A stretch of 59,799 nucleotides of DNA, the filler included. It is 7 parts of 7 records of this genome, joined end to end, with 100 filler letters (N's around TTAATTAATTAA, not from the genome) between each part and the next. Parts side by side here need not be neighbours in the genome. Positions count along the whole stretch, not along the records: positions 39,711 to 47,710 come from DRR723986_41887; positions 47,811 to 53,622 come from DRR723986_42497; 5 more parts are not named here. One strand, written 5' to 3'. The notes below the pieces were generated by a model. That model searched no databases, was not told the DNA's origin, and saw only the letters and a list, made by a program, of their open reading frames with translations. A program made the translations under genes and the position numbers. This document shows, in pieces, positions 40,154 to 49,878 of this stretch. Every line of letters begins with the position of its first letter. Position 1 is the first letter of the stretch.

Positions 40154-40786
40154 ATGGATACGGCCTTCTTCATCCTCTCAAAACTCATCGTGATCGGTCT
40201 GCGGGTCGAGACGTGGGGCATTCTTGTTCTCGCTCTGGCCTTCTTCTCGGCTCTGCGCGGACGGAGGCGGCGAAGCGCGAGCTTGCTGGCAGTGCTGATC
40301 ACGGGCGCCCTTCTCATTGGTGCCTTTCCCCTGGGCAACCTTCTTCTTGCGCCCCTCGAACAACGCCACGCGATCCCGGCCGCGGTCGAGACCCCCTCCG
40401 GCATCATCCTTCTAGGGGGAGGGGAGGAAGCGAGACGGGCCCAGGACGCCGGTCTTCCGGAACTCAACGAGGCCGGAGATCGCGTCCTCTACACGCTGAT
40501 CCTCGCGAACAGATTTCCAGAGGCCCCGGTTCTCTTCACCGGAGGCAGCGCGAGCCTGATCGACCGGGAGGGTTCGGGAGGCCACGCCATGTCTGCCCTC
40601 TTTGACCTCGCAGGGATAGGGAGAGACCGCGTCGTGATCGAATATCAGGCCCGGAACACGGCCGAGAATGCCGCGTTTCTTGCCGAGATGGTGGACGATC
40701 CAGCGGCGGGTCCCCGTGGTGTTGCCAGAACCTCACTGATTGGCTCTAGATGCACGACCACCTGTAGAGATGTCCTGCTCAGCTGA
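40154..40786 (+). pseudogene. YdcF/DUF218 family protein, C-terminally truncated near 40714
   Basis: GIILLGGG, FTGGS and ARNTAENA are present, but the expected LVTSAFHMPR motif is replaced by unrelated sequence. Confidence 0.7.
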
Positions 40787-40849
40787 TCCAAGACACATGC
40801 AACCTGCGCTCCGATCCCACTTCTTGACGAACAAAGAGATCCAATAACC

Positions 40850-41812
40850 ATGAAAATTACCATGATCGGAACGGGCTATGTGGGCCTGGTCTCTGGTGTC
40901 TGCTTCTCTGACTTCGGACACGAGGTCATCTGTGTGGACAAGGATCCCGGAAAGATCGATCTCCTCAATGAGGGCAAGACGCCGATCTTCGAGCCCGGTC
41001 TCCAGTCGCTGATGGCAAAAAATGTCGAGGCGGGCCGGCTCAGTTTCACGACGGACCTCGCGCGCGCCGTCGATGGTGCAGATGCCATTTTCATCGCCGT
41101 TGGCACGCCCACCAGAAGAGGAGACGGGCACGCCGATCTCACATACGTGATGGCAGCGGCAGAGGACGTCGCTCGGGCCCTCACTGGCTACGCCGTGATT
41201 GTCACCAAGTCCACGGTCCCCGTCGGGACAAACAGAAGGGTGAAGGAGGTCGTTTCAAGGACTAATCCTGAGGCGAGCTTCGACGTGGCCTCAAACCCTG
41301 AGTTCCTTCGCGAGGGCGCCGCCATCGACGATTTCATGAAACCCGATCGCGTCGTTCTGGGCGTGGAAACCGAGCGCGCCTCGAAAGTCATGTCGGAAAT
41401 CTACCGACCCCTCTATTTGCGCGACTTCCCAATCGTGACGACGGATCTCGAGAGCGCGGAAATGATCAAGTACGCCGCGAATGCCTTCCTCGCGACGAAG
41501 ATTACCTTCATCAACGAGATTGCCGCGCTCTGCGAGCGTGTTGGTGCGGATGTTAAGGAAGTCTCAAAGGGCATGGGTCTCGATGGAAGGATCGGCAAGC
41601 TCTTCCTTCACGCGGGCCCGGGATACGGCGGCTCCTGCTTCCCAAAGGATACGTTCGCGCTCGCCCGGATAGGTCAGGAGAACGCCGTACCGCAGAGCAT
41701 CGTGGAAACCGTTATTCGTGTGAACGAGAGCGTGAAATCCAGGATGGTTGAGAAACTGCGCGATCTCTGCGACGGCAGTTTTAACGGCAAGAGGGTGGCT
41801 GTCCTCGGGGTG
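40850..41812 (+). pseudogene. ugd: UDP-glucose 6-dehydrogenase, truncated in the C-terminal domain
   Basis: IGTGYVGLV, SNPEFLREG, KYAANAFLA, GYGGSCFPKD; similarity stops abruptly at AVLGV. Confidence 0.85.
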
Positions 41813-41837
41813 ATCCCTCCAAAGCCAAGGCTGAGCT

Positions 41838-42435
41838 TGGCTGAGGGCGGCGCCGGGGTGCACAACGATGCGCTTCACCTGGAACCGTGAGCCGACCACG
41901 AGGCTCTCAAACCAGCCCCACGGGCGATAGTCGCGCGGAAGCGTCTCCGCCTGGCTAGCTGCCTTTGCCTTAAGGGCAGCGACGGCCTGCTTGACGTCCT
42001 GCGCTCGATCCCTGTGAGCCACGAGCACGGCATCTGGCATCGCGACGGCGATGATGTCCGTGAGCGCGCCGCATCTGGGATCACGTGATCGGAGGGCGCG
42101 ACGAGCATGAGAGCTCCCGGCGTGCGAGCCTCTAGCGCCAGGGCGGCTGCGCAAATCGCGGCGGCAGTATTCTTCGCCGCGGGCTCGATCAGAATATCTG
42201 AAGGGGCAATTTCGAGTGCAGCGAGCTGCTCAATCACGATGAAGCGGAAGTCAGCCGCGGTTACAATCATTGGTGCCGCAAAGCCAGTTCCGGACAGGCG
42301 CTGAGCTGACGCCTGATAGAGGCTTTCCTCACCCGTCAGCTTTACGAATTGCTTAGGGTAGGATTTGCGAGAGAGGGGCCAGAGGCGCGTGCCGGCGCCA
42401 CCACAGAGAAGAACGGGATGAACTGTAGGGATCAT
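41838..42435 (-). pseudogene. manC: Mannose-1-phosphate guanylyltransferase/isomerase in two fused pieces (internal deletion with frameshift near 42065, 3' truncated)
   Basis: PVLLCGGAGTRLWPLSRKSYPKQF...APSDHVI in one frame, then DAVLV...YRPWGWFESL...FQVKRIVVHPGAALS in another. Confidence 0.85.
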
Positions 42436-42444
42436 GAAATTCTC

Positions 42445-42858
42445 CTACTCCCGGAATGTGTCAAGATTTTGCAGAAACCACTGATATGTCTCACGAACTC
42501 CCTCCTCGAGGGGAGTGCTTGCTGACCACCCCATCTCTGCCAGGCGGGAAACATCCATGAGCTTGCGCGGCGTTCCGTCAGGCTTCGTCGGATCCGTTGC
42601 GATGCGCCCCTGAAAGCCCGTGACCTTCGCAACCAGCTGGGACAGCTCAAGAATGCTGACATCCACTCCTGAGCCAACATTGACGTGCGAGAGCATGGGC
42701 TGGGTGTTGGCCGCATAGGTTTCCGCGGAAAGTTCCATCACGAAGAGGGATGCCTCGGCCATGTCATCGACGTGCAGGAACTCCCGGCGCGGTGTGCCCG
42801 TGCCCCAGATCACGACCTCCTCCAACCCCGCTTCCCGCGCCTCGTGAAAGCGGCGAAT
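42445..42858 (-). pseudogene. fcl: GDP-L-fucose synthase, 3' fragment
   Basis: IRRFHEA...IWGTGTPRREFLHVDD...NVGSG...KPDGTPRKLMD. Confidence 0.85.
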
Positions 42859-43024
42859 GGCCTCATGCATTCCGACGATGCCTTCGCCCACGAGGACATT
42901 CTTGCTCGCGTCGCTCGGACCTTTGAGGACCCAGACATCGATGGTGTATACGGTGACCTGGACTACGTCTCCGCGAGCGATGACACGCGCGTGATCCGTC
43001 ACTGGAAGTCCGGCCCCTATCAGG
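42859..43024 (+). pseudogene. GT2 glycosyltransferase, middle fragment (continuation of 43866-44111)
   Basis: GLMHSDDAF...VYGDLDYV...VIRHWKSGPY. Confidence 0.7.
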
Positions 43025-43762
43025 GAGTTCATCTTTGTGACCGCCCGCGGAAAGAGTGCGCTCGAGGATTATTTCGACGTTGCGCCCGAACTTGAGCAAA
43101 CTCTGCGCAGGAAGGGAAAAAAGGATCTTCTTCAGACGCTCAAATCCACCAACATGGAGTCGGGCCAGATCGCCTATGTCCGCCAGAACAAGGCAATGGG
43201 CCTTGGTCACGCGGTGTGGTGCGCGCGCCGTCTGCTGGGCAATGAGCCCTTCGCGGTGATCCTGCCCGATGACGTGATCGCAGCAGAAACACCCTGCCTG
43301 CAGCAGATGGTCGAGGCCCATGCGGAGCACGGCGGCAACATGGTCGCCGCAATGGAGGTTCCGCCCGAAATGACATCGTCCTACGGCGTTCTCGATGTGC
43401 GCGAGGACTTGGGCGCGGTCGTTTCGGTCAAGGGCATGGTGGAAAAGCCGCCGGTGGGCGAGGCACCGTCGAATCTCGCGATCATCGGCCGCTATATCCT
43501 GACGCCTGAAATCATGCGCAACCTGAACAAGGCGAAATCAGGGTCTGGCGGGGAAGTCCAGCTGACCGACGCCATTGCGCAGGAAATCGTGAATTCCGAC
43601 AATGTCTATGGCTTCCGCTTCCGTGGCCAGCGCTATGACTGCGGCTCGAAGGCTGGCTTCTTGCAAGCCACCGTCGCCTTCGGCCTTGCAAGAGAGGATC
43701 TGCGTGGAGAGCTATCACAGTTCCTCGAGGGCATTTCGGGGCGGCGGAAGGCAGCCGAGTAG
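43025..43762 (+). pseudogene. galU: UTP-glucose-1-phosphate uridylyltransferase lacking its N-terminus
   Basis: EFIFVTARGKSALEDYFD, GLGHAVWCA, MVEKP, GEVQLTDAI, RYDCGSKAG; the N-terminal GxGTR motif is missing. Confidence 0.85.
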
Positions 43763-43865
43763 GCGTGGAACCCTCTCAATGAACCAGAATTAGGCTCAGT
43801 CGACACCCAGCCTGACTTCCTTCGAGCGGCACGTCTGCTTCCCAGCACACCAAAAGCAGGATTTC

Positions 43866-44111
43866 ATGAAAATTTCCGTTGTCACAGCCGTCTACAATCG
43901 CGCCTCCACGATCGGGCAGGCCATTGAGAGTGTTCAGGCTCAGACCCACGCTGATGTTGAGCACGTTGTGCAGGATGGCGGTTCCACCGACGGAACGCTG
44001 GAAGAGATCACGCGTCTCGCCAATCAAGCAACCCGCCTCTCGTCTGAGCGGGACGAGGGCCTCTACGACGCCATCAACAGAGGAATTTCTCGTACAGAGG
44101 GCGATGTCGTT
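43866..44111 (+). pseudogene. GT2 glycosyltransferase, 5' fragment
   Basis: [11 protein letters not shown]...QDGGSTDGT...[18 protein letters not shown], then an abrupt switch. Confidence 0.8.
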
Positions 44112-44384
44112 GACATTGGCCTCGATCATCAAGTTTTCGTAGAGGAAGTCTGCTGGATAGGAGTTGTTGGCGTGAATGCCACCCACCTTGGCCGCGGCCA
44201 GGATCACGGCGTCGGGGGCCGCATCATACATGAAGCAGGCGACCTCATCCTGATTGGTGAGGTCGAGCTCTGCGTGGGTGCGTGTTACGAGCTCAAGGCT
44301 CTCTCCCGCCTCCTGACGTGCCCTTAAGCGTCGCAGGATGGCGCCGCCAACCATGCCACGGTGGCCTGCTATATAGATCTTCAT
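44112..44384 (-). pseudogene. fcl: GDP-L-fucose synthase, 5' fragment
   Basis: [16 protein letters not shown]...[30 protein letters not shown]. Confidence 0.85.
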
Positions 44385-44393
44385 CTCTCTTCC

Positions 44394-44520
44394 TCAGCCT
44401 TCAATCGAGACGGGCATGTCATAGCCGTTGGCTTTCAGGAAGGCGTGCCGACGAGCTGCCTTGAGGTCTTCGGCCACCATCTCCGCGCACATCTCCTGCG
44501 CCGTTATCTCGGGCACCCAC
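44394..44520 (-). pseudogene. gmd: GDP-mannose 4,6-dehydratase, 3' fragment directly upstream of fcl
   Basis: [33 protein letters not shown], the usual Gmd C-terminus. Confidence 0.75.
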
Positions 44521-44943
44521 CGGCCCGATGGTGCACGCCATCCTCGCCACCATCCGTCGCCTGCGTGCGCCTCCATCATGCGCGTGGCAGTGATCCAGAC
44601 CCAAACTGAACGAAAGCCGCAGGACAGGTCTGTCCGTCGCGCTGAAACACGGAGCCGCCAGGCCAGGATGCATCGGGTTCACGGCCCGATCCGCCCAACT
44701 TCGGGCGATTGCGCGATCGCAGACGCCGATCGGGGTGAAAAACACTTGTTCGACGGGCAAATTGAGGCGATCTTGACGTCAGAAGGGAGCCCACTTGGGG
44801 AATGTCGGTTTAGGGGCAGATTTTTTGACTGGAACTCTGCACAGTACGGATCTAGCTATCCCCTAATTACCTACCCAATTCGCCAACTCGCACTTGGCCC
44901 CATTCACAGATAGCTTTGCCTCAGAAAAGAAACGAGGACACAC

Positions 44944-45255
44944 ATGACCGAAATTGACCTGAATGCCCTTTCCATTGGCGACCTCAGACAGCTCAAGAAA
45001 GATGTCGAAAAGGCCCTCAGCACCATCGAACAACGGCGCAAACAGGAAGCTCTTGCCGCCGCAGAGGCCGCTGCAAAGGGTCTGGGGTTTTCATTGAGCG
45101 AGCTCACCAGATCGAAATCGCCACGATCGATCAATGCGCCGAAATTCCGCCATCCGGAAAACTCAGACCTGACCTGGAGCGGCCGCGGCCGTCGTCCGGA
45201 CTGGTTCAATGAAGCCCTGGCAGGCGGTGCCAAAGAAGATGATCTCTTGATCTAA
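44944..45255 (+). CDS. H-NS family nucleoid protein
   Basis: Coiled-coil N-terminus and PKFRHPEN..LTWSGRGRRPDWF DNA-binding motif; GAGGA RBS. Confidence 0.9.
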   Translation: MTEIDLNALSIGDLRQLKKDVEKALSTIEQRRKQEALAAAEAAAKGLGFSLSELTRSKSPRSINAPKFRHPENSDLTWSGRGRRPDWFNEALAGGAKEDDLLI

Positions 45256-45356
45256 TCGCTTGAATTTTGATGCGGCGGCGCTGCAATTGATATCTGCCGC
45301 ATTAGATAGCCCGTGGTCTTTCCCGAAGCAGGACGTGCGGGAATAATTGGACCTCT

Positions 45357-45632
45357 ATGGTTCCACCAAACCCCGTCACAACGCTCGGCCTTGCCTGTAG
45401 CCGATATGGCAATCGCCCCTTCGGTATTCGGCAATCCGATCGTCTTTTGCATCTCTGTGTGATCGGCCAAACCGGAACCGTCAAGTCTACATTGCTCGGG
45501 AATATGGCACGGCAGGATGCGCTGGCCGGGACAGGCTATTGCCTGATTGATCCGCATGGTGACCTCGCCGCGTCGCTCACGCAGGAGACCGTGGGCGATG
45601 CCCTCTATTGGGACGTCGCCGATCCTGGCTGT
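45357..45632 (+). pseudogene. N-terminal fragment of a coupling-protein/HerA-like P-loop ATPase
   Basis: FGIRQSDRLLHLCVIGQTGTVKSTLL (degenerate Walker A) and CLIDPHGDL; similarity ends after about 90 codons. Confidence 0.6.
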
Positions 45633-45844
45633 CATGAATTACGAAGCTTTCAGAGACAAGCTACAGTAATAACACAAGCGTCCCGTGAGTCTGTCTAGGT
45701 TACACTCCTTTAAGGCTGCGATTAACCAGAACCCCTCCGGCGTTCAAATCCTCAAATTTGTCCCAAAGGCGCTGACGTCAGACACATAACACCATACTGG
45801 CCTCAAGAGGCGCGAAATCAGCTCTCCACTTCGACGTTGGAGTT

Positions 45845-46597
45845 TTAGGAAGCTTCGAGAAAGGATACAGATCCATCCGGAGTAATCGCTGCAACGGTGA
45901 GCCGGTTCGAAAAAACGGCGCCTGTGTCAATTGAGATAACCCCGTCTTTTATTCTTGGTTTATTGACAACTATATGGCCGTGGGCAATCCAGGTGCCGTC
46001 GTTTCTGGGAGAGTTGCCAAACTCTGGATGCCCCCAAAGCAGCGTTTTTTTTGTCTGATCTGACACAGGCCGCTTGGGATCTGCGCCAGCATGCACAACG
46101 CATAGATTTTCCTCGTTCCAATAAAGGGGTAAGTCATGCAGCCAGTTCACGAGATGCCCCATCCTCTCGCGCAGTTGTACTGCGCCAGATTGAAGATCGG
46201 CTGGCGTCGGCGCTTCTCCAAATCCCCTCATCCCGACCCTAAAACTTGCAAGCGTTTGAAGTCCTCCGTTCCGCAACCAGCGACGTCCATTCGCGACAGG
46301 GTCATTCAGGAAACCAAGCAGCATGTCCTCGTGATTTCCCATGAGGCACGTGACATTTTCGGGCCAGTCAGTGGTCAGCTCACATAAGCGCTGCAAAACT
46401 TCAGCGCTTTGTTCTCCCCTGTCGATATAATCACCTGCGAAAATCAGACGTGGATCACTGTGCCCCTTGCGGACAATATCATCGTCAATTTTTTCAAGAA
46501 TTTTCTCAAGCAAGTCAAACCGACCGTGAATGTCGCCGACGACATACGTGCATTGCAAAAGGGAAATACGGTCAAGCTGGGAAGAGATATGAGCCAT
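45845..46597 (-). CDS. Metallophosphoesterase (Ser/Thr phosphatase-like)
   Basis: GDIHG, GDYIDRG, GNHE, HGH and IDTGA motifs; start moved to the ATG at 46597. Confidence 0.88.
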   Translation of the reverse strand: MAHISSQLDRISLLQCTYVVGDIHGRFDLLEKILEKIDDDIVRKGHSDPRLIFAGDYIDRGEQSAEVLQRLCELTTDWPENVTCLMGNHEDMLLGFLNDPVANGRRWLRNGGLQTLASFRVGMRGFGEAPTPADLQSGAVQLRERMGHLVNWLHDLPLYWNEENLCVVHAGADPKRPVSDQTKKTLLWGHPEFGNSPRNDGTWIAHGHIVVNKPRIKDGVISIDTGAVFSNRLTVAAITPDGSVSFLEAS

Positions 46598-46948
46598 TAG
46601 CCTTTGTTCGTGAGGACGTGCACTTCTGCATACACACCATATTGCTTCAAGAGGTCGCGCACAACAGATCCATTCTGTTTGGTTCGCCTGGGAGCGCTTC
46701 TTTTTTGCGGCGTCGAGCTGGGCTGATCTGGCCACCAAGCCTAGCCGCGCGCTGCCCCGCATCCCAGGGGCCGGATGGTGATGGCATCCCCTGCCCTTAC
46801 CTTTTTAAGAACACTTCTGCTCGAGGCCGCTCGTCGTTATTTCCTAGTTGTTGGATTGTTTCGCACAAACCTCAGTCTTCCGGGTATCGTTGTTTGAGGG
46901 CTGTTCCGTTTCTAGCGCCCTTGGAACAACAGTTGGGCCACAGTTAAA

Positions 46949-47668
46949 TTGGAACCTGATGAAGACGACCACCACAGCATAAGGCTACGTCTTCGGATCT
47001 ATTCTGAGGAGGAGTTCGATGCGCTCTTATATCTGATCCGGAGAGTACCCGGGCACCGCCTGCACGTGCATACCCTGATGCGTGATTTGAGCAATGTTGT
47101 CGGGCCGTTCCATAAGACGTTGAATGAAGAGGCGGAGTATTGGGCGGAGGCGGCTCAATTCGATATGCGGCCAAGAGAGGTGGTGAGGGCATTGAGAACG
47201 GCGGCCGACGCAGAAAACCCATTGGAAGACGGCCTCATCCCGCGTGACGCCATTTCCCGGGTGAACAAGAAACTGCGGGCGACTTGGGGCGCTCGCTGGA
47301 GCGTCGAAGGTCGTCCAAACACGCCCTCGCTTCAGAACTTGCGGTGGTCTGATCTGACCAGTGCCGAAAAGCGCGACCTAAAGGCGATGCTCAGCGACCT
47401 GGCTTTTTACTCACAAGCTTCTGTCAGGGTTGGCGTTCCCAAAAGAGACGAGCTCGACACCGTGCTCATTGATTTGGCCCAGATCTGGATCGAACAGACT
47501 GGACAAACGCGGCCAATTGAAAGCCTAGAGGCCAACAGAAATAGCCGGTTTGTGAGGTTTGCATCGCAAGCGTTGTTACCAGCGGTAGGACACTTCGGGG
47601 GCAGCGTGGACGCAGTTTCCAATCGCTGGCGCCGGTTCAAGAAAGGCTTGAACCCAGAAAACTCCTGA
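46949..47668 (+). CDS. Hypothetical protein
   Basis: 239-aa ORF with no motif recognised. Confidence 0.5.
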   Translation: MEPDEDDHHSIRLRLRIYSEEEFDALLYLIRRVPGHRLHVHTLMRDLSNVVGPFHKTLNEEAEYWAEAAQFDMRPREVVRALRTAADAENPLEDGLIPRDAISRVNKKLRATWGARWSVEGRPNTPSLQNLRWSDLTSAEKRDLKAMLSDLAFYSQASVRVGVPKRDELDTVLIDLAQIWIEQTGQTRPIESLEANRNSRFVRFASQALLPAVGHFGGSVDAVSNRWRRFKKGLNPENS

Positions 47669-47913
47669 TGCTCGCATTATGTGAATTAGTCTCGATGTGA
47701 TCTGACACCGNNNNNNNNNNNNNNNNNNNNNNNNNNNNNNNNNNNNNNNNNNNNTTAATTAATTAANNNNNNNNNNNNNNNNNNNNNNNNNNNNNNNNNN
47801 NNNNNNNNNNGTGACAAACAAAAAAATCAAAAAGCCTGAGCCGAACATCAGTGAGAGCTCAAAGCGATCTTCGCCAAGTCCAAAACAGCAAAAACTTGGC
47901 CCACAATCCAGGC

Positions 47914-48291
47914 CTAACGCAGCCCACGCAGCACCACATCCGCCAGCCAGAATGCCATCAGTGAAAACACAAGACTGGCGCCCATGTACGCGCAGGCCAA
48001 GGCCAAATGCCCATCGCGTAGCAGCTGCACAACTTCCATGCTAAAGGTGGAAAAAGTGGTGAATCCGCCGCAAAATCCGACTGCAGCCCCCAAACGGACC
48101 GCCTCCGGAAGAGCGTCCGCACGCCGCAGAGTCCACAGAATAATCAGTCCAATCAGAAAAGACCCGAGCACATTTACCGTGAGCGTGCCCCAGGGAAATA
48201 AGCCGCCCACACGCCGCGAGAGCAAAAGCGAAACCAGGTAACGCGCCACGCTGCCCAGGCCGCCGCCGATAAAAATTGCGAGGAGAACCAT
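47914..48291 (-). CDS. crcB: Fluoride efflux channel FluC/CrcB
   Basis: GGGLGSVARY, PWGTLTVNVLGSF, GFCGGFTTFSTF; start at the ATG 48291. Confidence 0.93.
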   Translation of the reverse strand: MVLLAIFIGGGLGSVARYLVSLLLSRRVGGLFPWGTLTVNVLGSFLIGLIILWTLRRADALPEAVRLGAAVGFCGGFTTFSTFSMEVVQLLRDGHLALACAYMGASLVFSLMAFWLADVVLRGLR

Positions 48292-48412
48292 GCCCGTTTC
48301 ACGCCTTGCAAGTACTGGAATCAATGCCGAATTTGTTGGCCGGGGTACGTTCTGAACTATTTCCAGACCGCCCCAAGAGCTTCCCCAAGAGCTGGTAAGA
48401 ATCGCCGTTGCA

Positions 48413-49444
48413 TTACCAAATGTTGACTTCGGTCTGCAGCTCAATACCAAAACGCTGCTGCACAGAGTCGCGAATCGCCTGCGCAAGCTCGTAAACCTCT
48501 GCGCCGCGTGCACCACCATAATTGACCAGGACCAACGCCTGCCGATGGTACGCACCTGTATTGCCAACGCGTTTGCCCTTCCAGCCGCACTGCTCAATCA
48601 GCCAGCCCGCCGGCACCTTAACTTGCGCCTCGTCAACCGGGTATGAGGGCACGTCCGGATGTTCGCGCTGTATCTGCTCGAACATTCCGCGCTCAATGAT
48701 TGGATTCTTGAAAAAACTGCCTGCATTGCCGATTTCTTCGGGGTAGGGCAGCTTGGAACGACGGATGCGGATCACGGCTTCGCAGACATCTTTACAGGTG
48801 CGGCGGGCCGGAGCGATTGCACTCAACTCCTGCTCAATGGCACCATAATGTGTGCGCAGCGGTGCGTTTTTGTAGAGCTGCAGACTTACGCGCGTGATGA
48901 TCATGCGCTCACGCCATTCGCGCTTAAAAATGCTGTCGCGGTACGCAAAACGGCACTCGTCCGGCTGCAGATGGCGCACCTGGCCTGTGGCGCGGTCGTA
49001 GGCTTCAACGCCGGCGAGCACATCACAGAGTTCCACGCCGTAGGCGCCGATGTTCTGCACGGGAGCCGCGCCCACCAAACCGGGGATCAGCGCCAGGTTT
49101 TCGATGCCGCCCCAGCCGCGCTCCACGCAGTACAGCACCAACTCATGCCAGTTTTCACCGGCGGCGGCATGCACCAGAACAGCGTCGGGATTTGAGGACG
49201 AACGCGCGGACTCCTGAGCCTCAATTCCGCGCATGCCAATCTGAATCACCGCGGCATCCAGATCATCCGTCAGCAAAATATTACTGCCGCCACCCAGGAT
49301 GCGCGGCTCGCTGTTGAGCGCGTTGGCCAGCGCTAGTGCCTCTGTCAGCTCAGCCGCAGATTCCACGACGATCAGACGTTTTGTTCGCGCAGCTACGCCA
49401 AATGTGTTATATGATTCAAGGGCCTGATTATCGAAAATCTGCAT
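48413..49444 (-). CDS. murB: UDP-N-acetylmuramate dehydrogenase
   Basis: YNTFGV, LGGGSNIL, GIENLALIPG.VGAAPVQNIGAYG, YRDSIFK, GNAGSFFKNP, QALVLVN. Confidence 0.96.
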   Translation of the reverse strand: MQIFDNQALESYNTFGVAARTKRLIVVESAAELTEALALANALNSEPRILGGGSNILLTDDLDAAVIQIGMRGIEAQESARSSSNPDAVLVHAAAGENWHELVLYCVERGWGGIENLALIPGLVGAAPVQNIGAYGVELCDVLAGVEAYDRATGQVRHLQPDECRFAYRDSIFKREWRERMIITRVSLQLYKNAPLRTHYGAIEQELSAIAPARRTCKDVCEAVIRIRRSKLPYPEEIGNAGSFFKNPIIERGMFEQIQREHPDVPSYPVDEAQVKVPAGWLIEQCGWKGKRVGNTGAYHRQALVLVNYGGARGAEVYELAQAIRDSVQQRFGIELQTEVNIW

Positions 49445-49878
49445 ATCGTGCGTTGTCGATCCTATGAAAAGCGGCGAATTCCGGCTTAAATGACTGATTA
49501 TTTAGCAGCATTTGATCCGCATATAGTAACAGTGCAACAATCAAAAATGCGCTTCACTCCGCAAAAATTGATTATCCCGCTACCAAACACTATCTTCTGA
49601 GTTCTTCGTTAGAGCTTAATAGCAGGAAACAAGGCATTTTTAGATGTCGTTTCGCGTGCCGTCACATATGCGCGGCACGTTGGGTGTGCGGAACCCAAAT
49701 TATGAAATAAACACCAGTCGGCCGGTCCCCCAGGATTTAGGGTGCATCTCTAAATGTGGCAGACCATGTTGATCGGTTCCGTTAGCTCCTGCATTAATGC
49801 CATCATCTAGCCAGCCAGTCAGTACGTGCCATGCATCGTTTGCATGGGCGCGAATTAGCCAATTGAGTAGGAATTTCT

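Noticed and set aside
48292-48412. Fluoride riboswitch upstream of crcB
   Set aside because: I cannot find the conserved aptamer elements on the coding strand, only an 11-nt direct repeat (CCCCAAGAGCT x2).
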